This document shows positions 1 to 8,951 of a stretch of 51,969 bases of DNA, piece after piece (position 1 is the stretch's first letter; every line of letters begins with the position of its first letter). The stretch lies in contig DFHP01000205.1 of the NCBI GenBank assembly GCA_002371335.1, forward strand, positions 1 to 51,969, in the 5' to 3' direction. The notes under the pieces are model-generated. The model saw only the letters and a list, made by a program, of their open reading frames with translations, had not been told where the DNA came from and ran no database searches. This DNA comes from Eubacterium sp. UBA3720. GTDB taxonomy: Bacteria > Bacillota > Clostridia > Lachnospirales > Lachnospiraceae. Both the position numbers and the translations under genes were made by a program.

Positions 1-342
1 TATATAGTGTTTAACCGGTCAGGATCAACCTTTTCTGGCTAATCCATTCCTTTTTTACTGTTTTTAAAGGATCTTTTCGATCGTTCAAAATATACTGTTT
101 TGTGAAAACAGTCAAAACTCAATATTTTGAATTTTCGAGGATGTGTTTTACTGTTCAGTTGTCAATGTTCTTCCTGATCTTTTACGATCCGCCGCCGCTA
201 TCTGTCATCCGCGACAGCTTTAATAGCTTATCACGCGATTTCTTGTTTGTCAACATCTTTTTCAAGAAGTTTTTCTTTTCTTTATCGGATTTTTATAATT
301 GCCCAAGCCTTCTCTCTTCTCCCTGAAAACCCAGGTTCTGTT

Positions 343-867
343 TTAGCTGTCCGCGCCGGGCTCTTCCTCAGAATAACTTTTCATCAGCTTCTTTTGTTTT
401 TTGATCTCTCTGAGTTTTCTGAAAAAATCACTCAGCATCGTACTGCATTCTTCCTCCAGTATTCCCCGACGTATCCTGACCTGATGGTTAAAACCGTCCA
501 TCTGCAGCAGATTAATGACTGATCCGGCGCACCCCGCTTTTGCGTTCATGCATCCTATCACCACCTCGTCAATGCGGGACTGAACCAGAGCGCCGGCACA
601 CATCTGGCACGGCTCAAGCGTCACATACATCGTGCACCCTTCCAGTCTCCAGTCCCCCATTTTTCTGCCGGCTTTCTTTATGGCGTTCAGTTCCGCATGA
701 GAAAGAGTGTTTTTATCCGTATTTCTTCTATTATATCCCCGGGCAATGATCTGTCCGTCATGTACTATAACGCATCCGATAGGCACCTCCATGAGCTTCT
801 CTGCCTTCCGTGCCTGTCGGATCGCCTCCCTCATAAACTTTTCATCAGGTGTCTGCACCTTTATCAC
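343..867 (-). CDS. tadA: tRNA-specific adenosine deaminase (A34 to I34)
   Basis: 174-aa ORF with the CMP/dCMP-deaminase zinc motifs HAE (LSHAELNAI) and PCxxC (LEPCQMCAGAL) at canonical spacing. Confidence 0.93.
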   Translation of the reverse strand: MIKVQTPDEKFMREAIRQARKAEKLMEVPIGCVIVHDGQIIARGYNRRNTDKNTLSHAELNAIKKAGRKMGDWRLEGCTMYVTLEPCQMCAGALVQSRIDEVVIGCMNAKAGCAGSVINLLQMDGFNHQVRIRRGILEEECSTMLSDFFRKLREIKKQKKLMKSYSEEEPGADS

Positions 868-940
868 CTCGTCATATTATTACTGCTTGTCATAACCCGC
901 CGATTAAGAAGCGGGACTTCTCACACTGAGATCAAAAACT

Positions 941-2551
941 TCAGATCCCCAGAACGGTATGTATGGCCCATGCAACGCCGTCCTTATCTGCGGATGGCGC
1001 AATAACATCTGCGATCCGGAGGCATTTTTCGTCTCCGTTTGCCATCGCTACGCCTATCCCGCTCGTCCGCAGCATATCCATATCGTTCTCGGCGTCTCCC
1101 AAAGCCATGATCCTGGAGCAGTCTATCTCCAGTTTTTCTGCCAGGAATTCCATCCCTGTGTGCTTACCGGCAGAAGGATGGGACAGTTCTATCCGATTCT
1201 TCACGGAAGATGTGATATATACCTCTGAATCCATTTCTTTGAAAGCCCGGATCATTTTTCTTCTCAATGCCGGATCCCCTATGACAAAATCGATTCCCGT
1301 CAGCCGCCCGGAATACTTCATTATAAACCTTCTGATATCTGTGACTGCCGTCCGGCTGTTCTGCACATACGACCGCACCGATGCTTTCGCTCCAAATAAA
1401 GCCGGATCATCCCAGTATTCCCGGCAGGCGTAAGGAACTCCATCCATAAACACCTCACATCCTACGCCTCCATTGTTCCAAAATCTCTCCGACGTTTTCA
1501 AAATATCATTCGTCATCTCTTCCGTCAGACTGATTTCATGGAGCATCTCTCCCGAACGCAGGTCATATATTGCCGTTCCGTTGGAAGTAATCGCGTACCG
1601 GATCCCCGGGACGGAAACGACTGATCTTTCCAGCGCCGCAAAAGGCCGGCCTGTTGCGATGACCACCTCTATCCCTGCTTTAATCGCGGCCGTGAGGGCC
1701 TCCTTATTCTTTTCACTGACGGGCGCGCCGTTATGAATGACTGTCCCGTCCAGATCTGTCACGATTGCGTCTATCCTCCGCAGTACTATTTTATCCCGCC
1801 TTCCGGAACAAACGCAGAGAAGATACTCCTTGCGCAGTTCTTGCATATTTAGATCATCTTCCCAAAAAGGAACTGCCTCAGCTCCCGCATCTCCGGTACA
1901 GATATTCTCACCGGCGGCACAGATATCTCTGACAGTCCTTACATGATACCAGACGTCCCCGCACTCCCAGACAAGCATTTCATTTTCCGAAACAGGATAT
2001 TCATCCGTCTCAGCGTTGTCTGTTCTTCCGCCGGATCCGAACATCCTTTGAAACCGTTCTTTGGGAAAAAGGTTCTCCGGTATTACAGAAAACTCCGAAA
2101 ATCCGGCATCTATACCCTCTCCGGTATATTTGACAAAGCTTTCCTTGCATGTCCAGACAAGCATAAAACGCCTCAATATCTCCGCATCTTTACATCCCAG
2201 CTTTACAAACTCCACCTCCCGCGGATGAAAAAACCGCTCCGCCAGCCGGAGCTTTCTCCGTGCTTCTCCATGGAGAGGATCTTTTCCGCTCTCTGCCCTT
2301 CCAAACGCTTTCTCATCAAAAACCTTCTGAAGGTCCATCCCGATACAGTGATCCGCGAGCGCTACAGCCTCCTGCTTCCCGCTGTCCGAAAAAGAAACCC
2401 CTTCTCCGGCGTTTGCGGAAAAAAAAGGCTTACCGGAAGGCGTTTTTTCCACCTTCCAGACCCTTTTTCTCCCGAACCAGTTCTCAGCGCATCTTTCCAT
2501 TAAAACATTATGAGGTTGTTGATTATCACAAAAAAGATATACTCCGATCAT
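941..2551 (-). CDS. Fusion protein: Sfp-type 4'-phosphopantetheinyl transferase-like N-terminal part plus Cof-type HAD phosphatase C-terminal part
   Basis: N-terminal part has GKPFF, FSDSG and GMDLQ (where canonical PPTases have SHSG and GxDxE) and WTCKESFVKYTGEG (the W/KEA motif). C-terminal part has the HAD motifs IVTDLDGTV and GDAENDMDML. The ATG overlaps the stop of the upstream small ORF (ATGA). Confidence 0.75.
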   Translation of the reverse strand: MIGVYLFCDNQQPHNVLMERCAENWFGRKRVWKVEKTPSGKPFFSANAGEGVSFSDSGKQEAVALADHCIGMDLQKVFDEKAFGRAESGKDPLHGEARRKLRLAERFFHPREVEFVKLGCKDAEILRRFMLVWTCKESFVKYTGEGIDAGFSEFSVIPENLFPKERFQRMFGSGGRTDNAETDEYPVSENEMLVWECGDVWYHVRTVRDICAAGENICTGDAGAEAVPFWEDDLNMQELRKEYLLCVCSGRRDKIVLRRIDAIVTDLDGTVIHNGAPVSEKNKEALTAAIKAGIEVVIATGRPFAALERSVVSVPGIRYAITSNGTAIYDLRSGEMLHEISLTEEMTNDILKTSERFWNNGGVGCEVFMDGVPYACREYWDDPALFGAKASVRSYVQNSRTAVTDIRRFIMKYSGRLTGIDFVIGDPALRRKMIRAFKEMDSEVYITSSVKNRIELSHPSAGKHTGMEFLAEKLEIDCSRIMALGDAENDMDMLRTSGIGVAMANGDEKCLRIADVIAPSADKDGVAWAIHTVLGI

Positions 2552-2823
2552 TTTATCCTTATGGCACCCATTTTTTCCAGATGTTCAGTCAGTTCTCCTG
2601 CCCGGAGCTGCGCTTCGTCTATCTCAAACTCTGCCTTCCCGTTTCCCAGACGTTTCAGCAGACAATAGTCCGGCTTTGTATCGTTCCCCTTGTTTGTTCT
2701 GCACACACACATAGATACCATACAAAGTCTTCCGGCAAGCCTGCAGCTCCAGCAATCCTTCGGCATTTCCATTTCAAATACAGCTTTCATACAGATCCTT
2801 TCCTTTACAGTATGTCCTGACAT
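2548..2823 (-). CDS. Small Cys-rich hypothetical protein (CxxC plus a further Cys cluster), translationally coupled to the PPTase-HAD gene
   Basis: 91-aa ORF. Two possible starts, 2823 and 2790 (MKAVFEMEMP...), each preceded by a purine-rich RBS. Contains CWSCRLAGRLCMVSMCVC. 4-nt ATGA overlap with the downstream gene. No recognisable family. Confidence 0.55.
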   Translation of the reverse strand: MSGHTVKERICMKAVFEMEMPKDCWSCRLAGRLCMVSMCVCRTNKGNDTKPDYCLLKRLGNGKAEFEIDEAQLRAGELTEHLEKMGAIRIK

Positions 2824-2877
2824 GCACGATCCTCTCCCTTATTATATCCGCATACCGGGACCAGATCGATTTTTTTC

Positions 2878-2906
2878 TTGATTTCAAAATACAGATATGT
2901 TAGTAT
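2878..2906 (+). promoter_or_regulatory. Sigma-70-type promoter for tRNA-Leu
   Basis: TTGATT (2878-2883), 17-nt spacer, TAGTAT (2901-2906), about 24 nt upstream of the tRNA 5' end. Confidence 0.5.
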
Positions 2907-2929
2907 TTATGTGCTGTCAAAAAGCAACT

Positions 2930-3013
2930 GCCGGCGTGTTGGAATTGGTAGACGAGACAGACTCAAAATCTGTTGTCCGCAAGGGCGTGTGGGTTCGAGT
3001 CCCACCGCCGGCA
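2930..3013 (+). tRNA. tRNA-Leu (anticodon CAA), class II with long variable arm
   Basis: Acceptor stem GCCGGCG/CGCCGGC. Anticodon loop CTCAAAA with CAA at 2964-2966. GGTTCGAGTCC T-arm. Long variable arm. CCA not encoded. Confidence 0.9.
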
Positions 3014-3033
3014 TATTGAATATCTTTTTATCC

Positions 3034-3060
3034 GAAGCCTTTTAAGGCTTCTTTTTTTTT
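3034..3060 (+). terminator. Intrinsic terminator after tRNA-Leu
   Basis: GAAGCC / GGCTTC stem followed by a run of 9 T. Confidence 0.8.
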
Positions 3061-3074
3061 CACAGGAAATTTCG

Positions 3075-3800
3075 TCAATTTCCTGTGAAACGAAACCCTC
3101 CGGACTGACTTTGTTCATACCCCATCTTATTCATTATCTCAGCCACAACATCTTCGCAGTCCGGCTGATAACAGAGTATCTCAAATGTGGTATTCCCATC
3201 TCTTCCATATACAGAGCCGCTGTCCGCATCCTCTGTGATCTCAAAATCTTTACCTTCATTGATCACATCCGAAAAGCATTTATCATTATAAACCTTTTCT
3301 GCCGCATCACGGTCATCATATTCCTGCAGGAACCCGATCATCACCAGTTCCTCGCCGGTATCGTCGCCGGAAGCTCCTCCACTTTCGTTTTCTCCATTAT
3401 CCGAAGAATTCAGGAAATCCTCGATACTGCTATAGGAAGAAATAATCTCCCCGGCTTTTGCGGCCTCCATATTCTCTTCGTCATTTACATTTTCATCTTC
3501 AGGAATAACCGATTCTCCGGATACTGTACTGCCGTCGCCTTCTTTGCTGAAGACAAAAAACTTTGCTTCCTGATATCCGTCCCCGCTTTTTATTTCATTT
3601 ACATCAAAAGTGACCTGCAGTTGATCATTACCCATCGCCTTTTTATATGCGTCCTCAATGTCTCTTCCTGAGTTTTCGATCAAAGTCTTAAACTCCTGCG
3701 CGGTCATGGCCGTCCCGGATCCTGTATCGCTGCCACATCCCGCAGCAGCTGCCAGGGCACAAAGACATGCTGTTATTATCCATATCTTTCTCTTCTTCAT
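3075..3800 (-). CDS. Hypothetical lipoprotein with an acidic central region
   Basis: N-terminus MKKRKIWIITACLCALAAAAGCGSD has a signal peptide plus lipobox (AAGC). No recognisable catalytic motif. Confidence 0.75.
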   Translation of the reverse strand: MKKRKIWIITACLCALAAAAGCGSDTGSGTAMTAQEFKTLIENSGRDIEDAYKKAMGNDQLQVTFDVNEIKSGDGYQEAKFFVFSKEGDGSTVSGESVIPEDENVNDEENMEAAKAGEIISSYSSIEDFLNSSDNGENESGGASGDDTGEELVMIGFLQEYDDRDAAEKVYNDKCFSDVINEGKDFEITEDADSGSVYGRDGNTTFEILCYQPDCEDVVAEIMNKMGYEQSQSGGFRFTGN

Positions 3801-3936
3801 ATTTCTCTCCTTTTACTATCTTTTCAAGTCCCGCCCGCGAGACTTGAATACGAAAAACAAACGAAAGACACTCCTCCTCCGCCGGAAAAGGCCGGCACAT
3901 ACTTCTCATCAGTATATGCCGGCACTTTACTGTTCA

Positions 3937-5208
3937 TCATTCAAACATCTTTTTATATTCGGGCGTAATATCCAGCGTCGCAAAGTAATCCTTTGGCGTC
4001 TCGGCACGGCGGATCAGTTCGAAGCTTCCATCCTCCTTCAGAAGGATCTCAGCTGACCAGAGTCTTCCGTTATAGTTGTAGCCCATAGAGAAACCATGTG
4101 CTCCGGTATCATGGATCACAAGAAGATCTCCCTTATCGATCTTCGGAAGCATACGGTCGATCGCGAACTTGTCATTGTTCTCGCAAAGTGAACCTGTCAC
4201 GTCATACATATGATCGCAGGGCTCATTTTCTTTGCCCATGACCGTAATATGATGATATGCTCCGTACATGGCAGGGCGCATCAGATTTGCAGCGCACGCA
4301 TCCACACCTATATATTCTTTATAAATATGTTTTTCATGCATGGCAGTCGTCACCAGGCATCCGTATGGTCCCATCATGTACCGGCCCATCTCAGTACAGA
4401 GTCTCACATCACCCATTCCCGCCGGGACAAGTATTTCTTCATAGACTTTTCTGACGCCCTCACCGATTGCGAGAATATCGTTTCCTTCCTGTTCCGGTCT
4501 GTAAGGGATGCCGACGCCGCCGGAAAGATTGATAAAAGTAATATGTGCCCCTGTTTCTTTCTGAAGACGTACCGCCAGTTCAAAAAGAACTCCTGCCAGT
4601 TTCGGATAATACTCATTCGTAACCGTATTGCTCGCCAGAAAAGCATGGATGCCGAACTCCTCGGCTCCTTTGGCCTTAAGCGTCCTGAAAGCCTCAAAGA
4701 TCTGCTCTTCCGTCATTCCGTATTTCGCGTCGCCCGGATTGTCCATGATTCCGTTGCTGAGCTGGAACATCCCGCCCGGGTTAAAACGGCAGCTGATCTT
4801 TTTTGGAATAAACCCGAGAGTCTCCTCCAAAAAGTCAATATGAGTGATATCATCGAGGTTGATGACAGCGCCAAGTTCATTTGCTTTCACATATTCCTCT
4901 GCCGGTGTAACATTTGAAGAAAACATGATCTTATCGCCGGAAAAGCCCATTGCCTCCGAAAGCATCAGCTCTGTCATTGAGGAGCAGTCTGTTCCGCATC
5001 CGTACTCCTTCAGGATTCTGATCAGGGCAGGCGTAGGCGTAGCCTTCACTGCAAAATATTCTATAAATCCCGGATTCCAGGAGAACGCCTCTTTTACCCT
5101 TGCCGCATTCTCACGGATCCCTTTCTCGTCATAAAGATGAAAAGGGGTGGGATACTGACGGATGATCTCTTCAAGTTTCTCTTTTGTTACAAATGGAGTC
5201 TTTTTCAT
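3937..5208 (-). CDS. lysA: PLP-dependent decarboxylase of the Orn/DAP/Arg family, probable diaminopimelate decarboxylase
   Basis: 423 aa. PLP-lysine context FAVKATP, glycine loop LSGGVGIPY, TEMGRYM (EPGR-like), and LCENNDKF (CExxD-like substrate motif). Confidence 0.78.
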   Translation of the reverse strand: MKKTPFVTKEKLEEIIRQYPTPFHLYDEKGIRENAARVKEAFSWNPGFIEYFAVKATPTPALIRILKEYGCGTDCSSMTELMLSEAMGFSGDKIMFSSNVTPAEEYVKANELGAVINLDDITHIDFLEETLGFIPKKISCRFNPGGMFQLSNGIMDNPGDAKYGMTEEQIFEAFRTLKAKGAEEFGIHAFLASNTVTNEYYPKLAGVLFELAVRLQKETGAHITFINLSGGVGIPYRPEQEGNDILAIGEGVRKVYEEILVPAGMGDVRLCTEMGRYMMGPYGCLVTTAMHEKHIYKEYIGVDACAANLMRPAMYGAYHHITVMGKENEPCDHMYDVTGSLCENNDKFAIDRMLPKIDKGDLLVIHDTGAHGFSMGYNYNGRLWSAEILLKEDGSFELIRRAETPKDYFATLDITPEYKKMFE

Positions 5209-5275
5209 TGTATATTACCTTTCGAATTATGTTTTTCAGTCGTTGACGCATTAACTCATTAAAGCAAGCATGTGC

Positions 5276-6196
5276 TTACTGCACATGCTTATGAGTAAAC
5301 AGGTGTTCCTGACAATACTCGTAATTGCCGTTGCACTTTGAACAGAAACGGAATTCAAGAGCAGGATTACTCTCTGTCTGTCCGCACACTGCACATTTGT
5401 GCTTCATGATCTGCCGCGGGCCTGCCCCTCTGGTCTGCTGTCCCCTGTCATTTGACCTGTTGAATAAGTTTCCGCTTCCCATGCCTGCAGCTTTCCTGAA
5501 TTCTGCTCTTCGCTTACGCTGCTTCCGGTTTCCTCTTCCGGAATATCCCTTAAACAGGAAATAAAAGATCACCGTAGCCGCCAGCGATGAACCTATGACA
5601 ATACCTGTCAAAAGAGGCAGTCTGCTTGTAACGATCTCATAGATCAGCAGAACGATATCCGCATACGCCAGATATTTGATCTTCAGCGGAATAATAAACA
5701 TGAACAGCATCTGCTGCTCAGGAAACGTCATCGCAAATCCAAGGAAAATGGACATACTGATATAATATGTGGAAATTATCGCGTACCCTGAAGCATCCGC
5801 CGCCAGAAAAAGCTCGCTTCCATAAATAAAGTATATGATGAAGGCTCCAATGATCGTAGTGATCAGCCCCAGTAAAATATATACGTTATAGAGGAAATCT
5901 CCCCACGTGTTCTCCAGAACGCTGCCCAGCTGGTAATAAACGAACAGCATGATGATCGTAAAAATATCCAGTGAATAGCTTGGAGGCATAATGATCCATG
6001 TTACCAGGCGCCATACCTGACCATGAAGTATCGCATACGGATTTAACGAAAGCATGCCTATCAGATTAAGATTCACATTTGCCCTCATAAAGATCATCAT
6101 TGCGTAACCGATCACATAGGTTAGAATAATGTACCGGGTCAGATTCGGAACGGCATATTTGCCGAATTTACGTTCCATTTTGTTTAGAAATCCCAT
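5276..6196 (-). CDS. Rhomboid-like polytopic membrane protein with a C-terminal Cys/His zinc-ribbon tail
   Basis: 306 aa with several hydrophobic segments. Has a GQVWRLVTW (WR-type) motif. C-terminus is KCAVCGQ...FCSKCNGNYEYCQEHLFTHKH. A catalytic Ser/His pair is not evident. Confidence 0.6.
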   Translation of the reverse strand: MGFLNKMERKFGKYAVPNLTRYIILTYVIGYAMMIFMRANVNLNLIGMLSLNPYAILHGQVWRLVTWIIMPPSYSLDIFTIIMLFVYYQLGSVLENTWGDFLYNVYILLGLITTIIGAFIIYFIYGSELFLAADASGYAIISTYYISMSIFLGFAMTFPEQQMLFMFIIPLKIKYLAYADIVLLIYEIVTSRLPLLTGIVIGSSLAATVIFYFLFKGYSGRGNRKQRKRRAEFRKAAGMGSGNLFNRSNDRGQQTRGAGPRQIMKHKCAVCGQTESNPALEFRFCSKCNGNYEYCQEHLFTHKHVQ

Positions 6197-6351
6197 AGAT
6201 TTTCTCCTTTTTTACAGTTCTAAACATATGCACTACATTATAATATTCCCGTATATATTTTGTCAAAACATTTCTATCCGGCTTACACACGCTATTAATC
6301 CGGCTCATGAGCGCTAAACGCTATACCTCAGTATGAGAAGACCTCTCATTC

Positions 6352-6427
6352 TTAAGCGGCTGGTTATGCTTTAAGCAGCGGATTTTGTTTTAAGCGGCTG
6401 GTTTTGTTTTAAGCAGCGGGTTATGTT
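6352..6427. repeat. Four tandem 19-bp repeats (TTAAGCRGCKGRTTWTGYT), alternating as two 38-bp units
   Basis: Read directly: ttaagcggctggttatgct / ttaagcagcggattttgtt / ttaagcggctggttttgtt / ttaagcagcgggttatgtt. Lies in the divergent intergenic region between the rhomboid-like gene and aroC. Confidence 0.85.
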
Positions 6428-6596
6428 TTGCAAGATGCTTCTGCATATGATAAACTAATCGAAACCACGGAAAGCTTGCGGCGGAAAGCCTTTTTATTAT
6501 CATTACCGGCCGCGCTGCAGAAGGATACCTGATGATTTCCATTTCTGCGGCCGGAGCAGGGAATCAGTCAGAGTATTAAATATATAAGGAGACATC

Positions 6597-7694
6597 ATGG
6601 CAGGATCATCGTTTGGAACTATTTTTCGCATTACAACCTGGGGAGAATCTCATGGAAAGGGAGTCGGCGTCGTGATAGACGGATGTCCCGCAGGACTATC
6701 TTTATGTGAAGAGGATATACAGAAATATCTGGATCGAAGGAAACCGGGACAGAGCCGTTTCACCACCGCAAGAGCAGAATCAGACAAGGTCTCCATTTTA
6801 TCCGGCGTGTTTAACGGAATGACTACCGGGACGCCCATATCTCTGGCTGTTTATAATCAGGATCAGCGCTCCCGGGATTACAGCAGGATCTCGGATACAT
6901 ACCGCCCGGGACATGCTGACTTTGGATTTGACGTCAAATATGGTTTCCGGGATTACCGTGGCGGAGGGCGTTCTTCCGGAAGAGAGACAATAGCCCGTGT
7001 GGCCGGGGGAGCCGTTGCCATACGTCTCCTGGAGGCTCTTGGTATTACCGTCCAGGCATATACAAGATCCATCGGACCTGTGGAGATCTCCCGCTTCGAT
7101 CCTTCCGTACTGAATAAAAATCCCCTTTACATGCCTGATGCCGAAGCCGCGGAAAAAGCATCTGCGTATCTGGCAAAATGCATGGAAGGACAGGATTCCA
7201 GCGGCGGCGTTATTGAATGCGTGGTCCACCACATGCCTGCCGGCGCAGGAGATCCGGTATTTGAAAAGCTTGACGCAAATCTGGCAAAAGCACTGATGTC
7301 CATTGGTGCCGTCAAAGGTGTGGAGATAGGCGACGGATTCGCTGCAGCCAGATCCCGCGGATCCGAAAACAACGATTCTTTCATTATCGGCGATGACGGA
7401 AAAATAACGAAGCTGACAAATCATGCCGGAGGCATACTCGGCGGTATCAGCGACGGAACCGATATTCTGATCAGGGCGGCCGTCAAGCCAACTCCATCGA
7501 TCAGCCGGTCTCAGCAGACCGTAGATCGTTTCGGCTCCGAAAAAGAAATCTCTATCCATGGACGCCATGATCCAGTGATCGTGCCAAGGGCAGTCGTCGT
7601 TGCAGAGACCATGACCGCTATCGTTCTGGCAGACGCCCTTCTTTGCGGAATGAGCGCAAAGATGGAAAATGTCATAAAAATCTGGAAACACTGA
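6597..7694 (+). CDS. aroC: Chorismate synthase
   Basis: 365 aa. N-terminus FGTIFRITTWGESHGKGVGVVIDGCPAG, then GRHDPVIVPRAV; typical AroC throughout. RBS AAGGAGA lies 6 nt upstream. Confidence 0.95.
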   Translation: MAGSSFGTIFRITTWGESHGKGVGVVIDGCPAGLSLCEEDIQKYLDRRKPGQSRFTTARAESDKVSILSGVFNGMTTGTPISLAVYNQDQRSRDYSRISDTYRPGHADFGFDVKYGFRDYRGGGRSSGRETIARVAGGAVAIRLLEALGITVQAYTRSIGPVEISRFDPSVLNKNPLYMPDAEAAEKASAYLAKCMEGQDSSGGVIECVVHHMPAGAGDPVFEKLDANLAKALMSIGAVKGVEIGDGFAAARSRGSENNDSFIIGDDGKITKLTNHAGGILGGISDGTDILIRAAVKPTPSISRSQQTVDRFGSEKEISIHGRHDPVIVPRAVVVAETMTAIVLADALLCGMSAKMENVIKIWKH

Positions 7695-7744
7695 TTCCCC
7701 GGAGAGTTCGTTCCAAAGGAAATGATTGCAATTCTCTATGGCAT

Positions 7745-7820
7745 AAAAAAGAGCTGTCCTTATGAAGCGCCCCGAACTGCATTTCTTTTCGGGAGCGATA
7801 CATCAGACAGCTCTTTTTTT
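7745..7820. terminator. Convergent (bidirectional) terminator between aroC and rplT
   Basis: Outer arms AAAAAAGAGCTGTC (7745-7758) and GACAGCTCTTTTTTT (7806-7820) enclose an inner CCCGAA/TTCGGG hairpin. A/T runs on both sides. Confidence 0.6.
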
Positions 7821-7839
7821 ATATTCAATCAGTATCTGT

Positions 7840-8196
7840 TTATGCCTGCTGGCCTTTTACCATCTCTGTGAGAGAAGCGAAAGCCTCTTTGTCGTTTACT
7901 GCCATATCAGCCAGTACTTTACGATCAAGCTCGATACCTGCTTTTTTAAGTCCATCCATGAAAACGCTGTAGGAAAGACCATTCAGTCTTGCTGCTGCGT
8001 TGATACGTGTGATCCACAGCTGACGGAACTGACGTTTTTTCTGTTTACGTCCGGCGTAAGCAGTAGCCTGTGCACGCATAACAGCCTGCTTTGCATATCT
8101 GTACTGTTTACTTCTGGCTCCTCTGTATCCTTTAGCTTCTTTTAATACTCTGTTGTGTTTCTTCTTTGCGTTTAATCCGCCTTTAATTCTTGCCAT
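7840..8196 (-). CDS. rplT: 50S ribosomal protein L20
   Basis: 118 aa, [33 protein letters not shown]...; canonical L20. Confidence 0.97.
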   Translation of the reverse strand: MARIKGGLNAKKKHNRVLKEAKGYRGARSKQYRYAKQAVMRAQATAYAGRKQKKRQFRQLWITRINAAARLNGLSYSVFMDGLKKAGIELDRKVLADMAVNDKEAFASLTEMVKGQQA

Positions 8197-8222
8197 TACT
8201 TAATCCTCCTAAAGCTGCCAAA

Positions 8223-8420
8223 TTACAAATATGGCATGATCTTTCTCATTACTCTTGCGTTTGTCTTATCTGTAACGATTGCTTTTCTAAGATTTCTTTT
8301 TCTCTTAGTTGTCTTTTTGGTCAAGATATGGCTCTTGTAAGCTTTATGTCTTACTAACTTTCCTGTACCTGTAATTTTAAAACGCTTTGCTGCTGCTCTT
8401 TTTGTCTTTACCTTTGGCAT
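8223..8420 (-). CDS. rpmI: 50S ribosomal protein L35
   Basis: 65 aa, [36 protein letters not shown]; canonical L35. Confidence 0.97.
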   Translation of the reverse strand: MPKVKTKRAAAKRFKITGTGKLVRHKAYKSHILTKKTTKRKRNLRKAIVTDKTNARVMRKIMPYL

Positions 8421-8435
8421 GACTAGTCCTCCTTG

Positions 8436-8951
8436 TTATTTATTCCGTTTTTCGGCTAATACCATCGTAATGCTTCTGCCTTCGATTTTCGGCGCTTTCT
8501 CTATCACTGCGATATCAGAAAGCTTCTCGGCAAAATCATCCAGTATCACACGGCTGCTGGCCATATGTGCCATCTCTCTTCCCCGGAAACGAAGCGTAAC
8601 TTTAACCTTGTCTCCTTTGGAAAGGAACTTTCTCGCCGCACCCGCCTTTGTGTTCAGGTCGTTCTTATCAATATTCGGTGACATACGTACTTCCTTGATG
8701 TCAACGATCTTCTGTTTCTTACGAGCCTCTTTCTCTTTTCTGGACTGCTCGTATTTAAACTTACCATAATCGATAATTTTGCATACAGGCGGTTTTGCCC
8801 TCGGGGCAATTTTTACCAGATCAAGACCTGCCTCCTGAGCTTTCAGGTAAGCATCCCTTGCGGACATAATTCCCAGCTGTTCTCCATTTTCTCCGACCAG
8901 CCGCACTTCTCTGTCGCGGATCTGCTCGTTAATCATCATATCGTTACTAAT
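8436..8951 (-). CDS. infC: Translation initiation factor IF-3, probable ATT start
   Basis: The ORF track starts at ATG 8939. An in-frame ATT at 8949-8951 sits 8 nt downstream of GGAGGT with no intervening stop. The protein (INEQIRDREVRLVGENGEQLGI...) is canonical IF-3. Confidence 0.9.
   Translation of the reverse strand: MSNDMMINEQIRDREVRLVGENGEQLGIMSARDAYLKAQEAGLDLVKIAPRAKPPVCKIIDYGKFKYEQSRKEKEARKKQKIVDIKEVRMSPNIDKNDLNTKAGAARKFLSKGDKVKVTLRFRGREMAHMASSRVILDDFAEKLSDIAVIEKAPKIEGRSITMVLAEKRNK

Noticed and set aside
1-342. Expected an SRP (scRNA/ffs) gene downstream of tadA, as in the Bacillus tadA-scr-dnaX arrangement.
   Set aside because: I could not find the conserved SRP domain IV motifs (GGAA/AGCA-type symmetric loop context) or a convincing Alu-domain fold by eye on either strand. 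The region is AT-rich with only promoter-like and small hairpin elements (for example ACTGTTTT-gtg-AAAACAGT at 94-112). A covariance-model scan would be needed to exclude it.
3061-3090. 14-nt identity (GTCAATTTCCTGTG) downstream of both tRNA genes (3075-3088 and 15517-15530), considered as possible att-site or integrase scars.
   Set aside because: By rough estimate, several 14-mer coincidences are expected by chance in a 52-kb window when both strands are considered. At 3061-3087 the sequence is part of a perfect hairpin overlapping the lipoprotein stop codon. No integrase or direct tRNA 3'-end duplication is present.
6352-6427. Tandem repeat arrays at 6352-6427 and 50083-50142, considered as CRISPR.
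   Set aside because: The repeats are directly abutting with no spacers. Units are only 19 and 12 bp. There are no cas genes in the window.
6798-7691. Long antisense ORFs opposite well-supported genes. Examples: 297 aa opposite aroC, 1943..2503 and 2260..2820 opposite the PPTase-HAD gene, 22143..22877 opposite mraY, 29259..30137 opposite ychF, 40484..41125 opposite prkC.
   Set aside because: These are shadow ORFs. Their composition is odd (Cys/His/Arg/Ser-rich), they have no RBS and no recognisable motif, and each is fully contained in a gene with strong family signatures on the other strand.
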